Origin: Deltaproteobacteria bacterium
Lineage (GTDB): Bacteria > Myxococcota > Kuafuiibacteriia > Kuafuiibacteriales > Kuafuiibacteriaceae
Direction of reading: 5' to 3'
DNA length: 64,000 nucleotides
NCBI GenBank assembly: GCA_040218735.1
Contig: JAVJQW010000061.1
Span: 192,001-256,000, forward strand
Shown here in pieces: positions 9,176 to 19,149 of the stretch. Both the position numbers and the translations under genes were made by a program. Every line of letters starts with the position of its first letter. Position 1 is the first letter of the stretch. Below the pieces are notes generated by a model, which did not search any database, was not told where the DNA came from, and worked only from the letters and a program-made list of their open reading frames with translations.

Positions 9176-10900
9176 TCACCAGCCGGCGCGGGCGCGCCGG
9201 TCGCGTAGCCAGGCCCTGAACTCGGGCGCAGGCCGGGTGTTCACCACGTCCGCCGCGCGCGCCCAGCCGCGCCGAGCGAGCGGGACGCCGAGGTCGCGGC
9301 TGTAGTCGAGCTGGGCGACGCGGTGCGCGTCGGAGTCGAGCATGAGCTCGACGCCGGCTTCGAGCGCGCGCCGAATCAATGTGGAAGACAGGTCGAGGCG
9401 CGGCGCGAAGGCGTCGATCTCCAGCGCCGTACCGGTGCGCTTCGCGGCGGCGAGCACCGCGTCGAAGTCGAAGTCGATCGGCGCGCGACGGCCGAGTACG
9501 CGGGTCGTCGGGTGGAAGTAGACATCGACCGCGGGGTGCTCGATGGCCTTCACGATGCGCGCGGTCATCGCGGCGCGATCGAGGTCGAACGCGGAGTGGA
9601 TCGCGGCGCCGACGAAGTCGAGGTTCTTCAGGGACTCGTCCGGGAGATCGAGTGAACCGTCGGCGAGGATGTTCACCTCCGAGCCCTTGAGGAGCTCGAT
9701 GTCGTCGAGCTTCGCGTCGAGCGCGTCGATGTAGTCGCCTTGTTCCGCCAACCGCTCCGGGTCGAGGCCACCGGCGACGCCGAGCCCGTGGGAGTGGTCG
9801 GTGACGGCGAAGTACGCGTAGCCGAGCGCGCGGGCCTTCGCGACCATGGCCTCGATCGAGTCACGCCCGTCCGACCACTCCGTCTGCGTCTGCAAGTCAC
9901 CTTGCACGTCGGGCGCTTCGATCAGGGACGGGAGCCCGCCGGCCATGATGGCGCGAAACTCCGCTTCCCCGTCACGCAGCTCGGGCGGAATGAACGGGAG
10001 ACCGAGCGCCGCGTAGATCGCCTCTTCGGTTTCCGCCGCAACGAGGTCCGTACCGCGGTGGACGCCGTCGCGGTCGAGGCGCAGGCCCTTCATCTCGGCG
10101 AACGTGGCGAGGGACTCGAGGTGCCGCTCGCTCCCGGTGGCAAACAGGAGCGCCGCGCCGAAGGCCCGCGGCGGAACGATCGTGAGCTCGGCGACGAACC
10201 CGTCGACGTGCTCGACACGCAGCCCATCGAGCACCACGTCCACGCCGTCGAGCCTCTGGAACACCCGCGCGACCGCGTCGCGATCCTCTGCCCCCACGAG
10301 GAGCTGCGCGCACGGGACCCGCTCGTCGAACCGGCGCAGGGGACCCGCGAACGAAGCGCCGCGCAGCTCCACCTCGCCGGCGAGCGCTTCGAGCACCGTG
10401 CGCGCCGGGACGTAGACCCGCCCGACGACCTCGCTGCGATCGATGATGCCCGCCTCCAGGCTCCGCGCGACGCGCGCGCCCTTCTTCCCGCGGAAGCCGG
10501 GCACCTTGGCGAGCGCGCCCTTCTTTGCCGCGTCGGCGAGCGCCGCACGGGACGTTACGCCGAGGGTGTCGAAGAGGACCCGCGCCTGCTTGGGCCCGAC
10601 ACCCTCCACGGAGGTGAGGTCGACGATGTCGAACGGATGCTGCCCGCGCGCGGACTCCAGCTCGGCGATCGCGCCGGTCTTCGCGAGCTCGACGATCTTC
10701 TTCGCGATGCCCTTGCCGATCTTCGGCAGCGCGACGAGCCCGGCCTCCCCACGCTCCTCGGCGAGCTGCGTGAGTGAGATCCGCTGCGCGCGGATCGTAT
10801 CGACGGCGTCCCGGTACGCGCGCACGCGGAAGCGCTCACCCTCGAGGTCGGCGTACAGCGCGAGCGCGTCGAGCGCCCGGATGATCGCGCGGTTCGACAT
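9176..10900 (-). CDS. polX: PolX-family HhH/PolX/PHP protein (catalytic residues degenerate)
   Basis: FRVRAYR, HhH motifs IGKGIA and GVGPK, FATGS..H, LGLPFIPPELR, PHP motifs TDHS and DSDAH. Confidence 0.9.
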   Translation of the reverse strand: MSNRAIIRALDALALYADLEGERFRVRAYRDAVDTIRAQRISLTQLAEERGEAGLVALPKIGKGIAKKIVELAKTGAIAELESARGQHPFDIVDLTSVEGVGPKQARVLFDTLGVTSRAALADAAKKGALAKVPGFRGKKGARVARSLEAGIIDRSEVVGRVYVPARTVLEALAGEVELRGASFAGPLRRFDERVPCAQLLVGAEDRDAVARVFQRLDGVDVVLDGLRVEHVDGFVAELTIVPPRAFGAALLFATGSERHLESLATFAEMKGLRLDRDGVHRGTDLVAAETEEAIYAALGLPFIPPELRDGEAEFRAIMAGGLPSLIEAPDVQGDLQTQTEWSDGRDSIEAMVAKARALGYAYFAVTDHSHGLGVAGGLDPERLAEQGDYIDALDAKLDDIELLKGSEVNILADGSLDLPDESLKNLDFVGAAIHSAFDLDRAAMTARIVKAIEHPAVDVYFHPTTRVLGRRAPIDFDFDAVLAAAKRTGTALEIDAFAPRLDLSSTLIRRALEAGVELMLDSDAHRVAQLDYSRDLGVPLARRGWARAADVVNTRPAPEFRAWLRDRRARAGW

Positions 10901-10906
10901 GCGGCG

Positions 10907-11605
10907 TCAGAACGCCTTCGGCTTGCAGTTCACGACCTCGCCCGCCGGTTGCCCCTGCCCCGTACACCCCGCGGCCTTTGCGATCGCCGGCACCGGCGCG
11001 ACGATGGTTCCGCGGCCGGCGTTGTCGCTGCCGAAGAGGAAGACACTCTTGTCGCCGTCGCCGTCCAGATCGCCGACGGCGGCGCAGGTGAAGTCGTCGG
11101 CCTCGCCTCCGACCGTGGCGCACGCGTAGCGGAAGTACGTGCCGCCCGGGTCCATGTCGAACGAAAGGCAGGCGAAACTGGTGCACGCGGAGACGTCGGC
11201 CTTGCAGGCGTCCGCACAGGCCGCCGGGTTCCACGGCCCTCTTTCGTCCGACGCCCCGCCCCCGGTCGGCGCCGCCGCGACGTAGCCATGGTTGATCATC
11301 GCGAACATCTCTTGGCCGGCGTTGACCTGGGTCAGGACGACGCGCGGCTCCGCCTGCCGCGACCGCATCTTGTAGCGGACGAAGTTCGGGATCGCGATCG
11401 CCGCGAGGATCCCCGCGATGAAGAAGAACACCACGGACATGACGATGCTCGCGATCGCGAGACCCTCACCGCCGAGCTGCCCCTGAGACTTCCGGATCTG
11501 CATCAGCGCGATCACGCCGACGAGCGCGCCGATAGGCCCGCACGCGATCGCGAGGATCAGCGCGATGATCGCGAGCGTGGAGGTCTTGGGTTTGGGGTCC
11601 GGCAT
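10907..11605 (-). CDS. DUF4190 membrane domain fused to a type IV pilin-like domain
   Basis: LAIIALIL...GVIALMQIRKS...GEGLAIA (DUF4190), then GILAAIAIPNFVRYKMRSRQAE (PilA helix) and GDLDGDG. Confidence 0.75.
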   Translation of the reverse strand: MPDPKPKTSTLAIIALILAIACGPIGALVGVIALMQIRKSQGQLGGEGLAIASIVMSVVFFFIAGILAAIAIPNFVRYKMRSRQAEPRVVLTQVNAGQEMFAMINHGYVAAAPTGGGASDERGPWNPAACADACKADVSACTSFACLSFDMDPGGTYFRYACATVGGEADDFTCAAVGDLDGDGDKSVFLFGSDNAGRGTIVAPVPAIAKAAGCTGQGQPAGEVVNCKPKAF

Positions 11606-11630
11606 GGCGGCCGGAGTCTAGCAGCTCCCT

Positions 11631-13172
11631 TTAGAAGCAGGCCCCGCGGCTCGACATCTGCACCGTGTTGGTCGGGTTGAACGTCCCGTTCATGCCGTCC
11701 CACGTCACCACGCCCACCTGCCACAGCTGGTTGCACGTGAAGTTCGGGCGGCGGAACGTCCCGGCGAGCGTGCCCGCGAGGTAGACTTCGACCGACGCCT
11801 CCGTAGGACGATTGAGGATGTCGGAGGAGTAGAAGTGCACCCAGACCTCGTAGGTCCCGGGGGCGCTCGCGCCGAGGTTGATCGTCTCGGGGCCGAAGCC
11901 GTCGAGGTCGTCGACGTCGAGGAACGGGTTGTCCGTCTGGTCGTTCGCCACGCCCCAGTCGGGGGACAAGTTCGCGTAGTAGCAGTCGTCGTTGCTGAAC
12001 GTGCTGCCACCGCCGCGCACGAGGTGGATGTCGACGTCGTGCTGGTTGGTGTTCCAGGTGAGGATCGCCGTCAGCGCCGTAACATCGGGCGGCGGCGGGA
12101 TGACCTCGCCGGAGAGCGTCACGACCGCCTGCTGCACGCCGCTCGAACCGTTGTAGTCGATGACCATCGTTTCGTTCACCTGACGCGGCAGGCCCTCGGG
12201 GTGGAAGTCGACGTCGATGCTCACCGACGACCCCGCCATCAGATCCGCGTTCGCGACAGGCGTCGGCAGCCGGAACATCGAGCTGCTCGTCGACGCGCCG
12301 ATCAGACGCACCGGACCGCCCATCGCCGTGCACGACACGGAACGCGTCGCCATCGTCCCGCGCTCGACCGGCCCGAACGCGAGCAGCGACGGGTTGCACA
12401 CCACGTTGCCGGCCGGCGTGAGGCCGGTGCCGCCGAGGAGGAGCTCCAGCGGCGCGTGGGAGTTGTCCGGCGTGTGCAGGTACATCACGTCGTTGTACGG
12501 AATGGACTGCTGCGGCGTGAACACGACGTCGAGCTGCGCGGAGCCACCCGCCGGGATCGTGAGCGGCAGCGAGCTCGTGAGGTAGGGATCGCCGGCGCGG
12601 ATGTCGACACCGCTCGACATCAGCACCGCGCGCGAGAGCACACCGTCCGCGGTGCCGGTGTTCTGCACCGTGACCGACGCCTGCTGCGTGGTGTTCACCG
12701 CGACCGTGCCGAAGTCGAGCATGTTCGGGACGAGCGTCAGCACCGGCACCGCGCGAATGACGCCGGACGCGGTGATGTCGAGCGTGATGACGACCTCGTC
12801 GCTGATGACACGGATCTGCTCGGTGCGGACCTCCTCCTGCTCGGGGAAGTAGAGCACTTCGAAGTCGACCGTCTCGCCCGACGCCATCGTGCGTCCTTCG
12901 AGCAGGCCCTTGAGCCCGCGCAGCGTGAAGTTCGCGGGGACCTCGACGGTGTCGATCTTCAACACCGGACGCCCGGTGTTCTTCAGCACCACCGGGATCG
13001 CCGCGTTCATGCCGACCGGTACTTCACCGAAGTCGATCGCCGCCGGCTCGAACGCGCCGGTGACCGTGAGCACGGCCACGCCGCCGTCGTCCTGACAGGA
13101 CATGAGCATCGCTGAGGCGAGGCTCAGGAAGACGAAGGGGCGGGCGAAATTCGGGAGAGGCACGGTGGTCAT
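11631..13172 (-). CDS. Lipoprotein with 3 ASH/choice-of-anchor-D Ig domains and a C-terminal YfaP/DUF2135-like domain
   Basis: Lipobox LMSC. Repeated DFG.V...V.L.NTG. C-terminal LTWN..HDVDIHL...DDLDGFGPETI...YEVWVHFY. Confidence 0.75.
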   Translation of the reverse strand: MTTVPLPNFARPFVFLSLASAMLMSCQDDGGVAVLTVTGAFEPAAIDFGEVPVGMNAAIPVVLKNTGRPVLKIDTVEVPANFTLRGLKGLLEGRTMASGETVDFEVLYFPEQEEVRTEQIRVISDEVVITLDITASGVIRAVPVLTLVPNMLDFGTVAVNTTQQASVTVQNTGTADGVLSRAVLMSSGVDIRAGDPYLTSSLPLTIPAGGSAQLDVVFTPQQSIPYNDVMYLHTPDNSHAPLELLLGGTGLTPAGNVVCNPSLLAFGPVERGTMATRSVSCTAMGGPVRLIGASTSSSMFRLPTPVANADLMAGSSVSIDVDFHPEGLPRQVNETMVIDYNGSSGVQQAVVTLSGEVIPPPPDVTALTAILTWNTNQHDVDIHLVRGGGSTFSNDDCYYANLSPDWGVANDQTDNPFLDVDDLDGFGPETINLGASAPGTYEVWVHFYSSDILNRPTEASVEVYLAGTLAGTFRRPNFTCNQLWQVGVVTWDGMNGTFNPTNTVQMSSRGACF

Positions 13173-13276
13173 AACGCGGTAATCCACACGATACGCCCAT
13201 CGGTCACCAAGAGGGCGGAAATTGCCCACATGCCCCTCGGATGTGTTTCAGATCGAGCCGCCCGGAGGCGCTTTTT

Positions 13277-13831
13277 TCACTTGGATTCCAAAGGTTTGAG
13301 CATCGACTTCCGATAGTGCGCGAGCTCCTTGATGGACTCCCGGACGTCGGAGAGCGCGGTGTGGTCCGTCGTGCCCTTGGAGTACAACGCCGAGGATCCG
13401 TACCAGCGGCGCCCCAGCTCCTTGAGCGTCGAGACGTCCACCATCCGGTAGTGCAAGTACCCATGTAGCACCGGGAAGTACTTCTGGATGAACCGCCGGT
13501 CCTGGTGGATGGAGTTGCCGGCCAGCACCCCCTCGCCCACGCCGGTGTGCGCGGCGACGACCTGCATCACCTTGCGCTCCGCCTCGGCGAGGCTCGTGCC
13601 CGATTTACGCACTGCGTCGAGCAGCCCGTTCGTCGTGTGCATGTCCTGGACGATCGGCTCCATCCGCTCCAACACGGATTCGGGCTGCCAGATCGTGTAC
13701 TCACACGACGCGCGCTCCTCGAGCTCCTTGTTGGTGATGACGACGGCGATCTGAAGCGGGACACACACGTCGGGGTCCAGGCCCGTCATCTCCATGTCGA
13801 GCCAAACGAGGTGGTCCTTGCTGTGCGCCAT
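13277..13831 (-). CDS. orn: Oligoribonuclease
   Basis: LVWLDMEMTGL, LAGNSIHQDRRF, HYRMVDVSTLKEL, HTALSDVRESI.EL..YR. Confidence 0.95.
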   Translation of the reverse strand: MAHSKDHLVWLDMEMTGLDPDVCVPLQIAVVITNKELEERASCEYTIWQPESVLERMEPIVQDMHTTNGLLDAVRKSGTSLAEAERKVMQVVAAHTGVGEGVLAGNSIHQDRRFIQKYFPVLHGYLHYRMVDVSTLKELGRRWYGSSALYSKGTTDHTALSDVRESIKELAHYRKSMLKPLESK

Positions 13832-13847
13832 CGAGGGGAGTCGTACC

Positions 13848-15017
<1,170 letters not shown>

Positions 15018-15058
15018 CCGTCGCTCGGAGCCGCGCGAGCCCGTCGGGCGGACACCGC

Positions 15059-15598
15059 TCACGAGTCACCCTCGGGCATCTCGTCGCCCTCGGGCAGCGG
15101 CGGGTCCTCGGGCTCCTTCGGCGCGGGCTCCTTCGGCTTGATCGGCTTCTTCGGCGCGGGCTTGGCCTTCGGCTTCGCCTTCGCCTTGGCGGGCGCTGCC
15201 GCGGCGGGCGCGCGTTTTTCGACCATCGCCTCGTCCTGCGCGTCGGGCATGCCTTCGCGCTCCGGGCCGGGGCGGCACTTGGCGCGCGTGCGGATCGTCG
15301 GGCGCGTCGCACCCATCTTCTCCTTGGTCTTCGCCTCCGCGATCATCCGCGCGACGCGCGCGCACGCGCGGGACTTTCGGGCGAAGTCCACGGCGAGCTC
15401 GAAGTCGGCGTAGGACTGCTCCTCGCGCGCCTTGTGCAGGTACGCCTCGGCGGCCGTGTACTCGAACGGCGCGAGCTCGTTCGCTTGTGCGGTGTCGGCC
15501 GCGGCGAGCTCGGCCGCGGCGTCGACGATCAGCGTCGAAGACTGCACGGGGCCACAGGCCGCGCCCGCGAACCACAGCAGAGCGAAGACGCGCTTCAC
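15059..15598 (-). CDS. DUF4398 lipoprotein with Pro/Lys-rich tail
   Basis: GTG start with upstream GAGG, lipobox GAAC, APFEYTAAEAYLHKAREE. Typical partner upstream of an OmpA gene. Confidence 0.75.
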   Translation of the reverse strand: MKRVFALLWFAGAACGPVQSSTLIVDAAAELAAADTAQANELAPFEYTAAEAYLHKAREEQSYADFELAVDFARKSRACARVARMIAEAKTKEKMGATRPTIRTRAKCRPGPEREGMPDAQDEAMVEKRAPAAAAPAKAKAKPKAKPAPKKPIKPKEPAPKEPEDPPLPEGDEMPEGDS

Positions 15599-15608
15599 GG
15601 AGGCCACC

Positions 15609-16253
15609 TCAACTGGTTCGGGTAGCACTGGACAGGGAGGCCGGCAAGTTTGCCGGCGCCTGCGCGCGCAGCGCGGGGAGATCCTCCCCCAGCTCGATGT
15701 GCCGCCGTACGTGCAGCAACGCATACGCGAACACACTCACCACCGCGCCGCCGATCAGCACGAGCGGCAGGAACAGCGCCGAGCCGAAGAGGGACAGCGT
15801 GGGGCCGTCGTAGTGGAAGCTGTCGTAGAAGGCGACGGTGAACAGGCGGTCGAACCCGAACCCGACCACGAAGAGGAACACGAGAGCCCAGGATCCGAGC
15901 GCCGCGCGCCGAGGCCCCGGGCGCCGCTCCGCGAACAACCGCAGCGTGGCGAGGAACCCGAGCGGCGGCGTCAGCGCGTAGAGCACGAACAGGAACGGGA
16001 TCATCATCGCGAGCGACAGGTGCTTCGGGTCCGCGAGGTACATCAGCGACCAGTCCGGGTAGAGCAGGTAGAGCGCGAGGCCCGCGGGCGCGAGCGCCGC
16101 GAACCCGAAGAAGCCCGCGACGACGAAGTAGCGGCTCTTCATCGGCTCGGTCACACGCGCGAGCGCCCGGCGCGCGACGAGCGCGAGGACGGCGCCGGCA
16201 GCCCAGCCGGCGAGCGCTGTGACGGGGACGGTGATGGCCGACGATAGGTTCAA
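15609..16253 (-). CDS. Hypothetical multi-pass membrane protein
   Basis: About 5 hydrophobic helices and a YPDWSLMY motif. Confidence 0.7.
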   Translation of the reverse strand: MNLSSAITVPVTALAGWAAGAVLALVARRALARVTEPMKSRYFVVAGFFGFAALAPAGLALYLLYPDWSLMYLADPKHLSLAMMIPFLFVLYALTPPLGFLATLRLFAERRPGPRRAALGSWALVFLFVVGFGFDRLFTVAFYDSFHYDGPTLSLFGSALFLPLVLIGGAVVSVFAYALLHVRRHIELGEDLPALRAQAPANLPASLSSATRTS

Positions 16254-16323
16254 TTCGCCGCCGCTGTCATCCGGCGGGTGAGGGGATGAGGGCGCGGGGC
16301 GGACAACCTCGGCCGGTGGCGCC

Positions 16324-16746
16324 TCAGGCCATGAGGTAGCGCATCACGAAGATGGCCTCGCCGGTGAGGACGGAGACCATCCAGAACGCGACGAGGACGT
16401 ACGAGCCGGTCCGGTGGCGGCGGAACCAGGGCTCGCGGCCCTTGGCGACGTCGACCAGCGAGATGAAGTACAGCACCGCCAGCGTCAGGAACATCAGCAG
16501 CGACAGCGTCCCGTGGCCGGCGAAGAAGAGCTTCATGCCCTGCGACAGCTCGCTCCCGCGGTCGGCCTTGGCGGCCATCGACGCCATGTAGACCACGTTG
16601 ACGCAGAACTCGAAGAGGATGACCGACCCGAGGAGCACCTTCGGGAACGGCTTGCCGTTGAGCGTGGTGAAGATCGCGTACAGGACCCCGATCGTCACGA
16701 AGATCTCCGAGATCGCGGAGAAGATGGAGAACGGCGGGATGTCCAT
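16324..16746 (-). CDS. DUF420-like 4-TM membrane protein
   Basis: Start MDIPPF with upstream AGAAAGG. 4 TM, HGTLSL, RRHRTG..VLVAFW.VSVLTG. Confidence 0.6.
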   Translation of the reverse strand: MDIPPFSIFSAISEIFVTIGVLYAIFTTLNGKPFPKVLLGSVILFEFCVNVVYMASMAAKADRGSELSQGMKLFFAGHGTLSLLMFLTLAVLYFISLVDVAKGREPWFRRHRTGSYVLVAFWMVSVLTGEAIFVMRYLMA

Positions 16747-16760
16747 GCGGCGTCCTTTCT

Positions 16761-17204
16761 CTACTTGAAGTAGCGGCGAAGTCCATAGCCGCTGTGGAAG
16801 CACCCGAGCGCGACCAGCGCGATCGCGGAGATGACGTGGATCGTCGAGATCGTGGAGCCGCTCGGCATCGGGACGAATTGCCCGTACACGCCGGTGCCCG
16901 CCGCGACGAGCCACACGAGCACCGTGATGTAACCGGACCACCGCTGCAGCACGCGACGCCACATGCGCCAGGTGCGTTTGAGGTGCAGCCACAGGTACCA
17001 ACCGCCCACGACGATCGCGAGGTCGCCGGAGATGTCGTGCACGACGATCATCCCGTCGAACACGACCTTCATCGTGTCGGGGTAGCAGTAGATGAACGTG
17101 CCGGTGGTCGTGGCGATCGTCGCGAGCGCCGCGAGGAGGATCAGCGGACGGCGCGCGGGATCCACGGCCTCCGCGGCGGAGGACTGGAGCTCGACGGACT
17201 CCAT
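16761..17204 (-). CDS. 4-TM His-containing membrane protein (DUF4405/cytochrome b-like)
   Basis: Two TM hairpins, each with TG...H...H (VHDISG...WLH; TIHVIS...CFH). Confidence 0.55.
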   Translation of the reverse strand: MESVELQSSAAEAVDPARRPLILLAALATIATTTGTFIYCYPDTMKVVFDGMIVVHDISGDLAIVVGGWYLWLHLKRTWRMWRRVLQRWSGYITVLVWLVAAGTGVYGQFVPMPSGSTISTIHVISAIALVALGCFHSGYGLRRYFK

Positions 17205-17284
17205 GCTGACCGGAACCTACCATGCACGACGATCGATCGTGCTAGGCTCGACAGCCGATCATCCGCACGCCGGTCCAAAAAAAC

Positions 17285-18202
17285 GTGACGCTCGTGGGGG
17301 TCCTCCTGGCCGTGGGCCTCGGATCGTCCGCGCGGGCCGGTAAACCCGCGAAGGGGCCCCCGCGACCGCAGCGCGCCGCGCAGCCCCCGCCTTACAAACC
17401 GTTCAACCTGTACAGCCTCCTCGACCCGGCCTCGCTGACGGCCGAGATCGAACGGCGCCACCTCGCGCCGGGCCACCTCGACGCGCGGCTGGAGCGGCTG
17501 ACGCGCGGGATGGTCGCCGCCCCGTACTTACTGTCGGCGCTCGGCGAGGGACACGCGCCCGACCCGGATCCGCGGATGCGCTTCGACGCGTTCGACTGCA
17601 CCACGTTCGTGGAGACTTCGCTCGCGCTCCTGCAATGCGAGGACCTCGAGGACGTGAAGGCGACGCTGGATCGGATCCGCTACACGGACGGAAAGGTCGG
17701 CTTCATGCACCGGCGCCACCTGATGACGAGCCAGTGGATACCGGAGCTGATCGACGCCGGGTACCTCGTCGACGTCACGCGCGGCATCGGCGCCGAGAAG
17801 ACGAAGATGATCCGGCTGAAGCTGACGAAGAAGCGCTGGAAGAACCGCCGCGTCGCGAAGACGCTGAAGCTCGACGACGGCGTCGTCCCCGTCGGGACGT
17901 TCGAGCTGCCGTACATCACGATCGCGGACGCGCAGAAGATGCTGCGCTCGTTCCCGTCCGGCGCGGTGGTGAACGTCGTTCGCGCGGACGTCGCGGGCAC
18001 GCCGGACGTCATCACGCACCAGGGGCTGTTGATCCGACGCCCGCACGAAGATCGGCTCTACGTTCGGCATGCTTCTCCGGTGTCGAAGCGGGTGATCGAC
18101 GAACCCTTCGCACGGATGCTGTGGCGCTACACGAAGCCGCGGAAGTGGCCGATCATCGGCGTGAACGTGCTGAAGATCGTGCCGCCGAAGGACGTGAAGT
18201 GA
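17285..18202 (+). CDS. DUF1460 NlpC/P60-fold peptidoglycan amidase-like protein
   Basis: Signal peptide, LGEG...DPDP, FDCTTFVET, IRY..G, THQG, RHAS. Confidence 0.85.
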   Translation: MTLVGVLLAVGLGSSARAGKPAKGPPRPQRAAQPPPYKPFNLYSLLDPASLTAEIERRHLAPGHLDARLERLTRGMVAAPYLLSALGEGHAPDPDPRMRFDAFDCTTFVETSLALLQCEDLEDVKATLDRIRYTDGKVGFMHRRHLMTSQWIPELIDAGYLVDVTRGIGAEKTKMIRLKLTKKRWKNRRVAKTLKLDDGVVPVGTFELPYITIADAQKMLRSFPSGAVVNVVRADVAGTPDVITHQGLLIRRPHEDRLYVRHASPVSKRVIDEPFARMLWRYTKPRKWPIIGVNVLKIVPPKDVK

Positions 18203-19149
18203 CCAAGGGCTGGGCACGTCCGCGCGGGCGGCAGAAGAAGCGACCGCCGCGCGAGATCGCGACGGATCCGATCGGCGCGGAGCTGTTGAGCTACGCGGTG
18301 AAGTCGCCGGCGGAGGTGAACCGAATCGATCTCGATCGCTTCCTCGTCGAGACGAGCGCCGAGCAGCTCGGCTCGCGCGCCCCGCCGGTCGAGCGGCTGC
18401 TGCGGCTCGCGATGGTCGCGGTCCGGTGCACGGAGACCGACGCGCAGCCCGAGGGCTGGCTCGCGCTGAAGCGCATCTGCGATCGCGCGCGGCAGATCGC
18501 GAAGCGCGAAGTCATGGACGTGCTCGTCACCACCGCGAACCTCGCGGGCGCCTGCGCGAGCGGGCGCGACGAAGAGCCCCACGATCCGGACCCCGTCGCG
18601 GTGCGCATCCGCCGCGACGCGTACGCGGCCGTGCACGAGGCGCTCTCGATCGAACCGGACCACGAGGCCGCGCACGAGGTGCTCGGCCGCATCGCCTTCG
18701 AGGATCCCGAGCGCGACACCGCCGACGCCCTCCACGCCTTCCTGCGCGCGGGGGGTTCGCCGCTCGTGACGTACTACGTCGCGTGCTGTCAGCAGGAGCT
18801 CGGCCGCTTCGCCGACGCGCTCGCGACCTACGACCGCGTCGACGTCGGCGCCTTCGATCGCATGGGTGAGTCGTGGCGCCGCGAGGTGTTCCTGGAGAAC
18901 CGTGCCTTCTGCGCGTGGCGCGCCGACGATCTGGAGCGCGCCGAAGTCGAGTTTCGCGCGCTCGTGGATCGCTGGGAGAAGGACCTCTCGCTCGCGCTCG
19001 ACGCCCCGCTCGTCTCCCTCGTCGCGGCGGGCGCCGGCCCGTTCCGCGATTCACTCGGCCCCCGCGTACGGAGGCTCTGCGTGCACGTGGAGGATCGGGG
19101 GCTGGTGAAGCTGTTCGACACGCTCCGCCAGGAGCACGACTCGCGGTGA
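18199..19149 (+). CDS. TPR-containing hypothetical protein
   Basis: GTGA overlap with the previous gene. ALSIEPDHEAAHEVLG and YYVACCQQELGRFADAL are TPR-like helices. Confidence 0.6.
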   Translation: MTKGWARPRGRQKKRPPREIATDPIGAELLSYAVKSPAEVNRIDLDRFLVETSAEQLGSRAPPVERLLRLAMVAVRCTETDAQPEGWLALKRICDRARQIAKREVMDVLVTTANLAGACASGRDEEPHDPDPVAVRIRRDAYAAVHEALSIEPDHEAAHEVLGRIAFEDPERDTADALHAFLRAGGSPLVTYYVACCQQELGRFADALATYDRVDVGAFDRMGESWRREVFLENRAFCAWRADDLERAEVEFRALVDRWEKDLSLALDAPLVSLVAAGAGPFRDSLGPRVRRLCVHVEDRGLVKLFDTLRQEHDSR

